Positions 23,763 through 35,599 of a stretch of 64,000 nt of DNA are shown in pieces. The number at the start of each line of letters is the position of its first letter. Positions within the stretch are counted from its first letter, which is position 1. A program made the translations under genes and the position numbers. The notes beneath the pieces are model-generated. The model saw only the letters and a list, made by a program, of their open reading frames with translations, was not told the DNA's origin and made no database searches. This stretch comes from Octopus bimaculoides (lineage: Eukaryota), in NCBI RefSeq assembly GCF_001194135.2, contig NC_068984.1, forward strand, positions 114,179,322 through 114,243,321. Reading direction: 5' to 3'.

Positions 23763-25759
23763 ACACACTCCAAAAGCCAATGAAGGGGCTTCTTTCCAGG
23801 GTTTCTCAGGGTGGAGTGCATGCCCCTGACCTGTTTTTGGTGGGGCATGGATTATTTCAAAAAAGGGGATCATGAAAAAAGTGAACAAAACATGCAATAG
23901 CTTTAATTAAAACTACATCTATACATACCTGATATATGCTGTGCTGGATTCTATTTCTTTTATTTAAAAAAAAATATAGAACTATTGTTCTAGTCAGTCA
24001 TTGAACTGCTAGAAACAGCAGGCAAGTATTCCCCCAGTCACACTACCATCTTGGATAGTGTAGTTGTTGGAAGACTGTTAATCACAGGATTGCACGATAA
24101 TGGCTAACCTCGATCTAAATGTTAAATGTTTAAAAGTAAAGTGTGATGGCTAAGTTTTGGAAATTATTACTACAGCTGCATACACTTCTACGGTGATCAT
24201 TATATACGTATATTACATCTTGTATCAAGATTATAGCTTCAACATTTTATTCGGAAATAAAAATTATGATGTTGCCATTTTGCTTTTTTACATTATTATT
24301 GCTGCATGTGGAAGTTATTGGAGAACAGAAATGGTAGCATGTTATGCCATTTGATTATCTTCATACTATTGCCACCAAGATGGACTTGAACATACAAATA
24401 TAATTTTTTTATCACTGGTGCTATGATATGGCAACATGTTCTCTAGTGAAGAAAATGTTTTCATACATATATAATATTAATGTCCTTGAAAAGAGCATGA
24501 ACATCATATCTTCCTATTTCCATTAAAATAGCGGATATAGTCAAGAAGGTATAGTAGAAAACTGAAATACATATTTTCCTAATGATTTAAAATTTCAGAG
24601 GAAATCCTAATGATATATGACAAAATAACATGGTGGTGGTAACTGTGTGTTTGTGTATATATTTAATCATCATTAATTTCATGATAGATAATTATATACA
24701 ATTAGCTGAACCCGTGAAAAGTTCACGGAAAACATAAAAAATGTAAGCATCTGTAAATAGTGCACTGGTGCCATAAGAAGTGTTTGTATAGTATAACCGT
24801 CTATCTTTATGTTCTGAGTTCAAATTCTGCCGAGGTCGACTTTGCCTTTCGTCCTTTGGGGGCTCGATAAATTAAGTACCAGTTGTGTACTGGAGTCGAT
24901 CTAATCAACTGGCCCCCTCCCCACAAAAATTTCAGGACTATAAAAGCATATTGTGACAGTTAAAGAAAGTAATGTAACACCAATGACTATATAATCCAAC
25001 CAAAATTTGTTACACAAACGTAAACGGAATTACTATTTAACCTTAAAATACAACGTACATATTCAAAGGACCTTCTTGGTTTAGTGGTACGAAACGTTTT
25101 TCTGGTATTCTTTTACTTGTTCAGTCATTTGACAGTGGCCATGCTAGAGCACCACCCTTTAGTCGAAGAAATTGACCCCTGGACTTATTCCCTGTAAGCC
25201 TGGTGCATATTCTATCAGTCTTTTCTGCTGAACAGCTAAATTAGAGACGCAAACGCACCAACATCGGTGTGAAGCAATGATGGTGGTGGTGGGACAAACA
25301 CATATATATGATGGGCTTGGCAGTAGTAGTGATGCTGGCTGGTGCGATTTTGTAGTTTGCTGGTATGCAGAGAGAGAGAGGCAGACAGTAAGTGTCAAAT
25401 AGTCCACAGCGAAGTTTTCACCTCTCTTCCTACCCGTTGCTTTGCCACTGACTGGAATTGTTTTACTTGTCTTCAAAAGTGAAATTGACATCCAATATTT
25501 GCTGTGTAAGTATCTACTGTCTCTCTCTTTCTCTTCCTTTGTGTCCCTCTTTTTCTCCTGCTTTTGATTTAACAATGTGTATACGTATCTATGTCTCTAC
25601 TTCTCTTGCAATGAACGCCGTCACCACTCACTGTCTCTCAGGTCTTTTCTGAAACATTTAAAGACAAAACAAACACTCTCTCTGGCTTTGCCACTTCTTT
25701 GAAATGTGACACACAACACAGGTACATACAAAAACAAAAAGTTAGCGTATTAATATTAT

Positions 25760-25942
25760 TGATAATCCCGCGCCATATCGTGGTTTATTATTTAAGCTGA
25801 TGTCGATCCCTCCGCGGTGTTGTTTTGCATTTATAATAAAATAAATATATACAAATCATAAATTAAAAAAAAATATATAGTACAGTACTGTTTCCACTTC
25901 GCAGATTTCCCGTAACACTCGCGATAGTCATGGGATTACTGT
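25760..25942. mobile_element. Possible Tigger/pogo-type MITE
   Basis: Left ATAATCCCGCGCCATATCG imperfectly pairs with right CGCGATAGTCATGGGATTACTG|TA. Confidence 0.35.
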
Positions 25943-26194
25943 ATATCATACATATAAGATATTTATGCACACAGTTTGTCTGAGAAACCTAAAATAAAAT
26001 TAAAAGTAGTAAACTAAATGTATTTTAAAACTATCTTGAAAACAAATATAGAGATGCAAAATAATATCTTTTGTTTTCTTTGCACAAAGAAAAATAAAAC
26101 AACTTTGTTTCAGTATTTTAACCATTTATCCAGAAGCCAAGTACCTCCAATGGTAATCTTCCAGTTTCGAGAGGTTAAAAAAGTAAATAAAATA

Positions 26195-26708
26195 CAAGGG
26201 AAATAACTGAACGTCTTACCAGTATTATCCGTACTACTTTGTTTATAAATAAATCACGTGATTTGATTGACGTTAACTGTTTATATATAAATCACAGATT
26301 GAATATCATAGTTTCTTATGAGAAATCGAAAATGCCTCGTGGAAGACCGGCTGCACATCTTATTGTTGCTGAAAACGAAATCCTCACTCGTGAATTAATA
26401 TTAGAGGAAAAATAGAAAATCTGTGATTTAAGCAGTAGCTCAAGATACAGAATGTTTGAATTGTGTGCGCATCGTCGACTTATTAGAAATAAGTTTACCT
26501 GCGACGACTGTCTAGTACCATGCGAACTTATTACACGTGGTGACAGATGGAAAAGAATGGTACTGTAAACAGTGTAAAAAAAGAAATCTGTCCGCTACAG
26601 TTCATTTTTTGAAAGGAGCCATTTATAAAAAAAAAAATTCCGTCGCATGCTGTTTTAGAGAAAAAGCAGTACGGATAATACTGGTAAGTCGTTCAGTTAT
26701 TTCCCTTG
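26195..26708 (+). mobile_element. Internally deleted Merlin / ISXO2-like (IS1595-related) DNA transposon
   Basis: About 46-bp TIRs (26195-26240 vs 26663-26708, 2 mismatches). Pseudo-ORF from ATG 26332 encodes CDDC...WYCKQC zinc ribbon then KSVRYSSFFERSHL, with one stop and two frameshifts. No TSD found. Confidence 0.72.
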
Positions 26709-27150
26709 AATATTTTTATTTATTTCTTTTACCTCTCGAAACTGGAAGATTATCACCTCCAGCATCCTTTTAAAAAAAGTATATAAGCGCTACCAGTTGT
26801 TCTGCTGAGAACTAAAAAACCAATTTAGTTTTTGCTGCTACAACAATAATAAAAGAGTTGTCAGTTTGCGTTTACTGCTTCTAGCAGTTTTAAATTTCAG
26901 TTTATGAATAGTGAAGAGGTATGCTTTGCAACCACAGTTCTGAGTTCAATCCCACAATGTAGCAGCTATAATGTTAAGTACAATAGCTTCAACTACTTTT
27001 GTCGATAAACTTTGCAGAAGTCAATCCAGCGTGTGTACCATTTTTGATATGGAAGGTAACTCGGCTCAGCATTTCGCTAATAAATTTATATCCATAAACC
27101 GCAATATTGAGGTTAATAATTGCCTAAAATCCCCTTAGAGGTGATGATCC

Positions 27151-27329
27151 GGTACTACTAAAGCAGTGCGGACCCGAACGCGCAGTCGCGCGTCCGCGCT
27201 AGCTAGTCGTGAGTGGTCGATCCTAACCCTAACCCTAAACACGTATTCATTTGCACACGCGGGTTAGGGTTAGGATCGACCACTCAAGACTAGCTAGCGC
27301 GTTCGGGTCCGCGCTGCTTTAGTAGTACC
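27151..27329. mobile_element. Foldback MITE, GG...CC ends, 8-bp TSD GATGATCC, internal telomeric repeats (Merlin-type signature)
   Basis: About 69-bp inverted arms. Perfect TSD at 27143-27150 and 27330-27337. CCTAACCCTAACCCTAA / GGGTTAGGGTTAGG next to a 25-nt spacer. Confidence 0.85.
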
Positions 27330-28214
27330 GATGATCCTAGCATGCCAGCAGTCCAGGTACTGAAACGAGATAATCATGTGGTTTCAAATTCAGATCCATT
27401 ATGTATTTCTTTGGGCAAGAGTCATCTGCTATAGCCCCTCTCTAACCAATGCTTTGTAAGCGAGTGGAAACTGTCGAAGCCCACCATGTGTGTGCATGTG
27501 TATTTATCTGTCTGCCTCACTGCTTGAGAGCATCTCAAAAACTTAGCAGTCTAGCAAAAATACACTAATAGAATAAGTACTAGAGTCAAGTTGATTGGCC
27601 AAACCTGTCAAGGTGGCCACCATTGAGTAAAAAAAAAAAGTAAGAAATACTGATTTGTCAAAATTACAAGATCTTAATTGTTGAAGCTGGTATTTTCAAT
27701 GAGTCTTTTTTTACTATAATGATTCAAGTAATAAATACCTCTACATTCACACAAGGCAATGCTTGAAGACATTTGCATCAATAATTCTGAATATTAACCC
27801 TTCAGCAAATTGTAGGGCAGCAAACATATTGCTCCCCCTGCCTGACAAATTACTAAAATAAAATTAGGAAGTATGATTAATAAAAACTTTGATATAAAAC
27901 AATTACTTTATTCTTGTGTCATTACTGCTTTATGAATTATTTAATCTTTTAGCATTCAAACTGACCATATCAGGCCATCCTACAATGTTGTTCTAAAAAT
28001 AAACAAAAACATCATTGAAATTTCAAAGCTACAAATGTAATGCATGCTTAATACACAACAATTTGATTAAACAATCATTACATTTACCAAAATAATGTGA
28101 ATGCTAGAGTTAATGAAATTTAAGGAAAATAGTTTAAAAAATTGATGAAAAAAAAAAGAAAATTTACATAATTTTGATGTAGTCAGAATATTTAATGTGA
28201 AATATGTTTGACAA

Positions 28215-28580
28215 CTCTTTACTTGTTTCAGTCATTTGACTGCGGCCATGCTGGAGCACCGCATTTAGTTGAGCAAATCGACCCCAGGACTTATTCTTTG
28301 TAAGCCTAGTACTTTATCAGTCTCTTTTGCCGAACTGCTAAGTGACGGGGACATAAACACACCAGCATCGGTTGTCAAGCAATGCTAGGGAGGACAAACA
28401 CAGACACACAAACATATATACACGACGGGCTTCTTTCAGTTTCCGTCTACCAAATCCACTCACAAGGCTTTGGTCGGCTCGAGGCTATAGTAGAAGACAC
28501 TTGCCCAAGATGCCATGCAGTGAAACTGAACTCGGAACCATGTGGTTGGTAAGCAAGCTACTTACTACACAGCCACTCCT
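28215..28580 (-). mobile_element. SINE family B copy
   Basis: Near-consensus, full length. Confidence 0.88.
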
Positions 28581-31474
28581 GCGCCTATTAATAACATTAA
28601 TATTTTGATGGAAATTAGCAAGTTTTAGCCCTAAATATTATCGCACCATTCCATATCCAAGTCACTAATAACTCAGGATCCTTAATGTCCAAAATCTTCA
28701 CAGGTATTTACCATTGACTTGCTTAGGCACAGATACGCCCGCCCCTGGGTCACTATTAACCACTTTACTAATACCATAACTGATGAAGACTACATATAGT
28801 TCATGTGAATGTATAAGGATTGATAATTGAAAGACTCTAGCAGATGGAAGTTGGAGAAAATAGGGATGGAATCAACATAAGTGATGTAATCAGATCGTAA
28901 GAGGCAGATTGATTTTATCTGGAAACAGCAAAATAAAAGTCAAATTAATGCTTACAGCACCGATTTCTAGAACCCCATAGAATACTCCAAGAAAAATTTG
29001 CTTAGATTAAGAGTAAAGCAATTTCAAACAGCAATACATTGAAATTAGAAACAATGTAAAATACCGGTTATAATAAATAGAATAATGATAATAACACAAA
29101 TGATACGAGAATTTCTTTTATTGATTTTTTTCTTTTTCCTTTGTTTTTTTTTAAAGTTTTTCTGCTGTTTTTTTTTTTTTATGTTAGCTTGCTATTTTGC
29201 AAATTTCAACATAAAAGTTGTACAGTTTGGGAGTGCTAAATTGGAGGCAGAGCTAGCTACGACTTTTTTTTGTTTTTTTTTTAGGAGATACTAAAGTTAG
29301 CTTGTAGCCAAATATACTGGATGGGGGGAAAAGAAAAAAAAAACCCAAAACTGTAGCCCCAAACATAATGAACTAATATATAATTATTAGTCAGATTCCA
29401 CAGATGAATTAACTAAATGCAGTATTAAGTATATAGCTCCTCCTCCTTTAATTTCCTAGAAATTATTCCAGACATCAAAATACAAGACAGGGTTATGACA
29501 ACCAGGTTGGTTAAAAAAAACCTGCATTTGAAACACAATCACAACTCCACTTGTGTAGAAATGGACCGATGAAGTGATAACTAAGGTAAAGAAAGGGAAT
29601 TAGATTATTGACCAACCTTAGGCAGCACTATATGACAAAGAAAGGGTTTTTTTGTTTGTTTTTGTTTAGCTTGATTTTTGTTTTTTTTCTTCTTCTTCCC
29701 CCTCCTCCTTTGATAATAATGAACTTGATAAGCTGAAAGATTAGGAGCTAACTGACCAGGAAATAGGCAAGTGAGTGGTTGGATGTACCAGCAATATTGG
29801 AGAGAAAAGAGAGCACAAGACAATTGCTATAGATATTAGATTATTTTTGATTTACGATATTGCAAAGAAAAAAAAAATTAGAAAGAAAAGGAGGGAGGAA
29901 ATAATAAAATATACATAAGGAAGTCCTTGGGAGTAGAGGTGACATTCAAGGGTTTGTAAAATCCCTCTGATGAATCAGATAATGGTGAATTATATATTAT
30001 ACTGAACAAATTCAAGTTACCTTTTGAACATTGCATCTCCAACAGAGATAAGATAGATAAAAAGTGAATATTAGTCATATAACTGACAATATTTTGTTTT
30101 TAAATTGAAGTAGACCCCATGCATAAGGAAAAATAAAAAGACAAAAACAATAATTTCAATACTTAGATCTTAATAAGAAGCGAAACAGGGAATACATCTA
30201 ATTCAATTTTTAAAATACCAAACATAGCAATTTAAAATTTTTTTGCTTTTCTTTTTTTTTTTTTTGCAATTTCCACTGAATCACAAATCTGGATTGGTAT
30301 AGTTCGAGAACAGGAAGAGACTAAAAAAAAATATATATATAAAGTGAAAAGTGGGATTACAAACAACAATGTTCAACACCCAGGATGATCTTAAGGTTTA
30401 CTGCCAGCAGTAGTCCAAATAAGAAAAAAAAGAACAGAAGGAACAGATAGAAAAAGTAGGGCACTCCCTTATAAAAAGAAGAAAAAAAATTAAATATTTA
30501 ACAGAAAGAAAGAAAAACAATATTTAAACCTCTAAAACTATTTATTTTTCCATTTTAGTACTAGACGATTTTTCTGATCATAGAGAGCATAGAAAATATA
30601 TAAATAATAAAGAAAAAAAAAACAAAGAAATCCAGCCACTCTCATTATACTAATTCAAGTAGAACTTCAAGAAATATTATCAAGCCATTCTGAAAGCCCC
30701 CCAACAAACACAACAGTTATATTTTACAAAGAGATAAGGCAAATATCCGAGAACTGTAAAGGTAAAAGGAAATGGGTGTGGAGAGAATTAAAAAAAGTTT
30801 TGCTCATTAAGATTTTTCACCTTTGTCATATAGCACTTCTCCAAAGTTACTTGCAATCACCTATCCTCTCTTCAACCTCCCCACTCAATAGATTTTTATG
30901 GAGGGGCACCCATGGTAGAAGTAAGTAGAGTATTTTCTTTTTTTTTTTACCTCCTCTACCTATTCAAGAGGATACCTGGAAAACTAAGGAAGAAGAGAAC
31001 AAAAATGGAGAAAAATAAAGTTCCATCCATCAAAGTTGTGTGTGTATGTGTGTAACAGAAACATAACCATAAAAAGAAAATCACTTAAGAATTGGGATCA
31101 AAAACATGGAGGGGATAGGGAGTGGGGGGCATTAAGTGTTTACTTTTGGTCATACGTATTACTTTTCTCTCCATTAATGCATCTCTTAGTGAGGAAGCAA
31201 ATATATTTGCTAGCTTGCTTAGCTGAACACAGCATCATCACCAGTAAGACATCAACGACGCCTTTTTGCTCGTACCATTAGTCAACTCCAAGGAGAATCC
31301 AGTTAACTACATCCCCATATATGCAAGTTGGTGACATATCTTTAAAACCAATTAGCAGGGATGTCATTGTAGTAGTAGATGTAGTAGTAATGGCAGTTAT
31401 GGTGATGGGAAGGAGCTGCAGTAGCACTAGCAGTGCCACTATATCAGAACACCTACCATCCCAAGGAGTTGGAG

Positions 31475-32596
31475 TCACCTTTTGGCAAGCCGAAGTACTA
31501 TACCAGATTTAGAACCAATGACCTTCCACTCCGGATCGTTGGGATCATCCTCAGTAGTTGAAGCGGAGGAACTGCTGGGCAGTGGAGAGCATGGATGGCT
31601 GCTTCCAGGTGTTGCTAGTTCAGCTTGAGAAATTTCTGGAGAGGTCGTTGAAGGGTTTTTCTGTACTTCCACTGAGGAATTTCCTACATGTAATTTTTCA
31701 ACGTCTTCTTCACTAAGAGGGAATGTCCGTGGAACCCAAGGTTCAACACATAAATGCTCAAACATTTCATGAGAGATGGTCATGTTTTCATCATCATATG
31801 AAAAACGATCTGTTCTTGACACAGAACTACTCCGGCGTCTACCAATCTGCTCATCATTACATCTTAGTAACTGACCAGCAGAGTAAGTGGTTGGAGTAGA
31901 AGGGCGAGTCTGTAAACAACTGTCTAATGAAAAAGCTTGAGGAGGAGTCAACTTAGATGAATGATGAAATGTTGATGATGCTGGCGATAGCTTATAACCT
32001 GCCAGCATCTGATGAGAATGTTCTGCTCCTTCTGATTTCAAGAGAGTTTGTTCAAAAGACTGTTTTTTAGAACCACTTGCTGACTGACAGGATGTGAGCA
32101 GACTCTGTTGGTGTTTGTTATTGACATCCCCCACTTCTTCACGAAGTAAAGAGGATTTGTCAAACACATTTTGTTGGTTTTCCAGCTGTTTTAATTCATC
32201 AGATGCGTCGTCTATTGATGCAAAGAAAGACTTTGACTCAGTGACAGATTGCATTGAAGGATGTTTGTGTATGTTTGGGTTTGTAACAGACTGGGAAGGG
32301 GACTGAACCTGTAATTGTAGCAAAGGTGGTAGAGGGGGAAACTGTGATGCCACTGAGTGTAAGCTTTCATTGCCATGACGGCTAGAAGTCAATGAGTGAG
32401 TTGGAGAACCAACCATAGAATTGCTGTCCATTAAGCTAACAGATTCAGGAGAAATTGGATCAGAATCATCTAACCTCACAGAGCGATTACTGCGCCTGCC
32501 ATGTTGAAAATATGATACAAATCTTTTCTTTTCTTGAATTTCACACTTTGCATGCCGCTGTATGTAAAGTTCATCAGATAGATCTTCTATGGGAAG
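31475..32596 (-). CDS. KANSL1: KANSL1 terminal coding exon (LPIEDLSDELYIQRHAKCEIQEKKRF...DDPNDPEW...LRLAKR*)
   Basis: TTTCTTTCCAG acceptor, 1122-nt open frame to TGA at 31477-31475. PEHE core EDLSD...RHAKCE..EKKRF followed by a Ser-rich tail. Confidence 0.92.
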   Translation of the reverse strand, partial: LPIEDLSDELYIQRHAKCEIQEKKRFVSYFQHGRRSNRSVRLDDSDPISPESVSLMDSNSMVGSPTHSLTSSRHGNESLHSVASQFPPLPPLLQLQVQSPSQSVTNPNIHKHPSMQSVTESKSFFASIDDASDELKQLENQQNVFDKSSLLREEVGDVNNKHQQSLLTSCQSASGSKKQSFEQTLLKSEGAEHSHQMLAGYKLSPASSTFHHSSKLTPPQAFSLDSCLQTRPSTPTTYSAGQLLRCNDEQIGRRRSSSVSRTDRFSYDDENMTISHEMFEHLCVEPWVPRTFPLSEEDVEKLHVGNSSVEVQKNPSTTSPEISQAELATPGSSHPCSPLPSSSSASTTEDDPNDPEWKVIGSKSGIVLRLAKR

Positions 32597-33049
32597 CTGG
32601 AAAGAAATGAAAGTTTATTATATTCAAATATTCATCACTGAACTACTATTGAAAACAGCTATAACAAAGAAGGATGTAATACAATCATCAATATTATTTC
32701 ATTATATTAAGTGGATCAATTAGAGTAAAATGATTCTGGCCAATTTAGTTAGAATCATCAACATCTCATCCAATTCTAAGTTAAACACCAGTTGATGTAC
32801 ATTTGTTATTTTCAATATTATTTTCAAATTGCACTCCTTTTTAAGGGATTTTATATTAAATATTTTGCAATAAAATATCTTATTTCCAAAATGAAGAATT
32901 TTCTTTTTAATCTTTACTTCATATGTAAAGCCAATCTGCCTCCTCCCCCGATATTTTGTGTGACAAGAAGGGATTACAACTAGAATAAGGCAAACTGAAC
33001 TGATTTTGCTCCGATTGAAAAACTTTTGGATAATGTATTTGTTGAAAAT

Positions 33050-33515
33050 AATTTGGTCATGTGATGCATACGGATGGGGACAGCAGCATAAAGCGTCGAG
33101 CTCTAATTGTGGAGGGAACCTGTGGGAGGGATAGACCCAGGGGACACAGGACGAAGTGGTGAGAAAGGATCTTCAGACACTGGGCCTCACTGAGGAAATG
33201 ACAAGGGACTGAGAAATGTGGCAATTTGTTGTACTTGATAAGACTCATCAAGCTAAGTAAAATCGCTGTCCTCCACAAACATGGGCTTGTCCTTTCAGGT
33301 GCCAGTGACACTTAAAAGAACTCATGCCAGTGCTGTGTAAACGCACATAAAAAGCACCCAGCACACACTTAAGTGGTTGGGTTAAGAAGGGCATCCAGCC
33401 GTAAAAACCATGTCACAACAGACAACTAGAGTCTGGACAGCTCCCAGTTAGCCAACTCTATGTCAAACCATCCAATCCATGCCAGCATAGAAAGCAGACC
33501 TTAAATGATGATGAG
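33050..33515 (+). mobile_element. RTE-clade LINE 3' end (ORF C-terminus plus 3' UTR)
   Basis: Pieces read .FGHVM..., ALIVEGTCGRDRP, DEVVRKDLQTLGLTEEMTRD*EMWQF, then a UTR ending CATAGAAAGCAGACCTTAAATGATGATG. Confidence 0.8.
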
Positions 33516-33935
33516 TCTATGTAGAAAATATAGAAATCACAAGACATTAATCTAGTGCTACTATCAAGTGATTATTTAAGTATAGTGGCTAATATCAAAA
33601 GTTTATGTGAAGATGAATATTATCCACATAAATTACGAGGATATAATTGCAACAACAGCACTTTCACAGCACAAGTGGTCTCAAATTACATGAGCCATGA
33701 ACTAACAATGTCACCATTTTGAAGACCAAAAAAAAATTGCAGTAACCAAGCTAGAACAATCTATTATGATTTACATGCAAAATCCTAATACTTGTTTTTT
33801 CAATATAAATCCAACATCCTCAAAAAGAAAAATAGCTATATAAATACATGGAGTTAGAAGGGAACAAAAAAGTTCTTAAATTAATTTTCACTGATCTTGT
33901 TCTTCTTAATGATTTTCAATTGTATGATACCATAC

Positions 33936-34125
33936 CTCATCATCCTCAGCATCATTTGTCTCAGTTTCATCATCACTTTCATTCTTAATATGAGCTGGAA
34001 CTATGATACCATTGGTCTTGCCAGAAATAGCTTCCTTTATTGTGGTACAGGGAGACTTTACAGATGAATTGATTCCTTCAGTTTCAGTTTTAGACTCAGA
34101 AGAATCTTCTCCAATTTCTCGCCAC
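33936..34125 (-). CDS. KANSL1: KANSL1 exon (WREIGEDSSES...DAEDDE)
   Basis: TTGTTTACTAG acceptor completes AAG (K) to give TPKWRE; GTATGG donor; 190 nt, phase 2 / 0. Confidence 0.88.
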
Positions 34126-34439
34126 CTAGTAAACAATAATATTTTCTTTTTATAAAGATATGAAATTTATGAAATGATTTTAAATTACTTTACGTCAATA
34201 AATTTATTTGGATACGTTTAGCCTTTTAAACCATGAACTGGAAGTTTGAATTCATAAACTCAAAGCTGACCAAAAAAAACCCAAGAAAAACAAGGAGAAA
34301 CTACAATCGCAGAAGTTTACAATTGTTCAATGATGAAGTGAATTATAATTAAATTACAATGTTTTTGAAATACAAGTAAAATGTTTCAAGCAAAAGGGTC
34401 CCTAAGAGACTCAAATACTGAACAGCAGGGACTTTTTAA

Positions 34440-34566
34440 CCCTTTAGCATTCAAATTACTGTGTCAAATGTCATGCTTATTTATTCATGTTTTGAATTTA
34501 TTTAAAGAATGATATTGTAAGGTAGGTTTGAGAGGCTAGATCTAGCCAGTTTTAAATGTTAAAGGG
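34440..34566. mobile_element. Short TTAA-flanked piggyBac-like MITE
   Basis: TTAA|CCCTTTAGCATT...AATGTTAAAGGG|TTAA. Confidence 0.75.
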
Positions 34567-34715
34567 TTAAGAAAGGTATCTTATTGTATTTAAATGTGAA
34601 AGGTATCTTATTGTATTTACTGGATAATGGTCTAATTCTAAATTGCAATCCTACAAGAGATATTCTCATAATGGCAGTGTTTCCCCTATATGTAAAGTTA
34701 TTTATGAAAACTCAC

Positions 34716-34986
34716 TTTGGCGTTACTATTTCTTTATATTGTAACTTTTCGACTCTGGTAGAAGCAGCCATACTATACGGAATGACAATATTATTGATAT
34801 CAAAGGCACTCTCCCCACGTCTTTTCCTTAGTGTAGCTTCCTTCATTTCTTTAAAAGTATATGAAGGAAAATTCATTGCAGACGAAGCATCTTTCAAACC
34901 AGAGGATTCAGAGGTCATTCTAAACCTCCGCTTTCCAAGTCTGCCGCTGCCCAATGAAAGAGAACGCGAAGGTAATTTCTTCAGAG
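34716..34986 (-). CDS. KANSL1: KANSL1 exon, start of PEHE region ([38 protein letters not shown])
   Basis: TTTTGTTCACAG acceptor, GTGAGT donor, 271 nt. Carries the conserved FDINNIVIP...[13 protein letters not shown] motif. Confidence 0.93.
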
Positions 34987-35220
34987 CTGTGAACAAAAAA
35001 AATAAAATAAAATAAAATAAAAAATAAGCTTAAAAATGCTGTTTAAATAAACAATATCAATGAACAATTTAAATAGTACCAATTTAATTTATCATTATTA
35101 AATACAACTCCTTATTAGCCTATTAATATCTCTAAGATTAAGTAGATAAATAATTATTGAGGAAAAAAGAGAAAATACATTATATACACCTATATTCAAT
35201 TATCTTTCTTTACTCTTTTT

Positions 35221-35599
35221 TCTTTTACTTGTTTCAGTCATTTGACTGTGGCCATGCTGGAGCACCGCCTTTAGTCGAGCAAATCGACCTCAGGACTTAT
35301 TCTTTGTAAGCCTAGTACTTATTCTATCGGTCTCTTTTGCCGGACCGCTTAGTTACGGGGACGTAAACACACCAGCATCGGTTGTCAAGCGATGTTGGGG
35401 GGACAAATACAGACACACAAACACTTACACACACATATATACGACGGGCTTCTTTCAGTTTCCGTCTACCAAATCCACTCACAAGGCTTTGGTCAGCCTG
35501 AGGCTATAGTAGAAGACACTTGCTCAAGGTGCCACGCAGTGGGACTGAACCCAGAACCATGTGGTTGGTAAGCAAGCTACTTACCACACAGCCACTCCT
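35221..35599 (-). mobile_element. SINE family B copy
   Basis: Near-consensus, full length. Confidence 0.88.

Noticed and set aside
31278-31478. 66-codon hydrophobic frame overlapping the KANSL1 stop, considered as a frameshift or alternative C-terminus
   Set aside because: No canonical slippery heptamer, no true ATG, and in-frame readthrough meets TAG within 12 codons. Best treated as 3' UTR.
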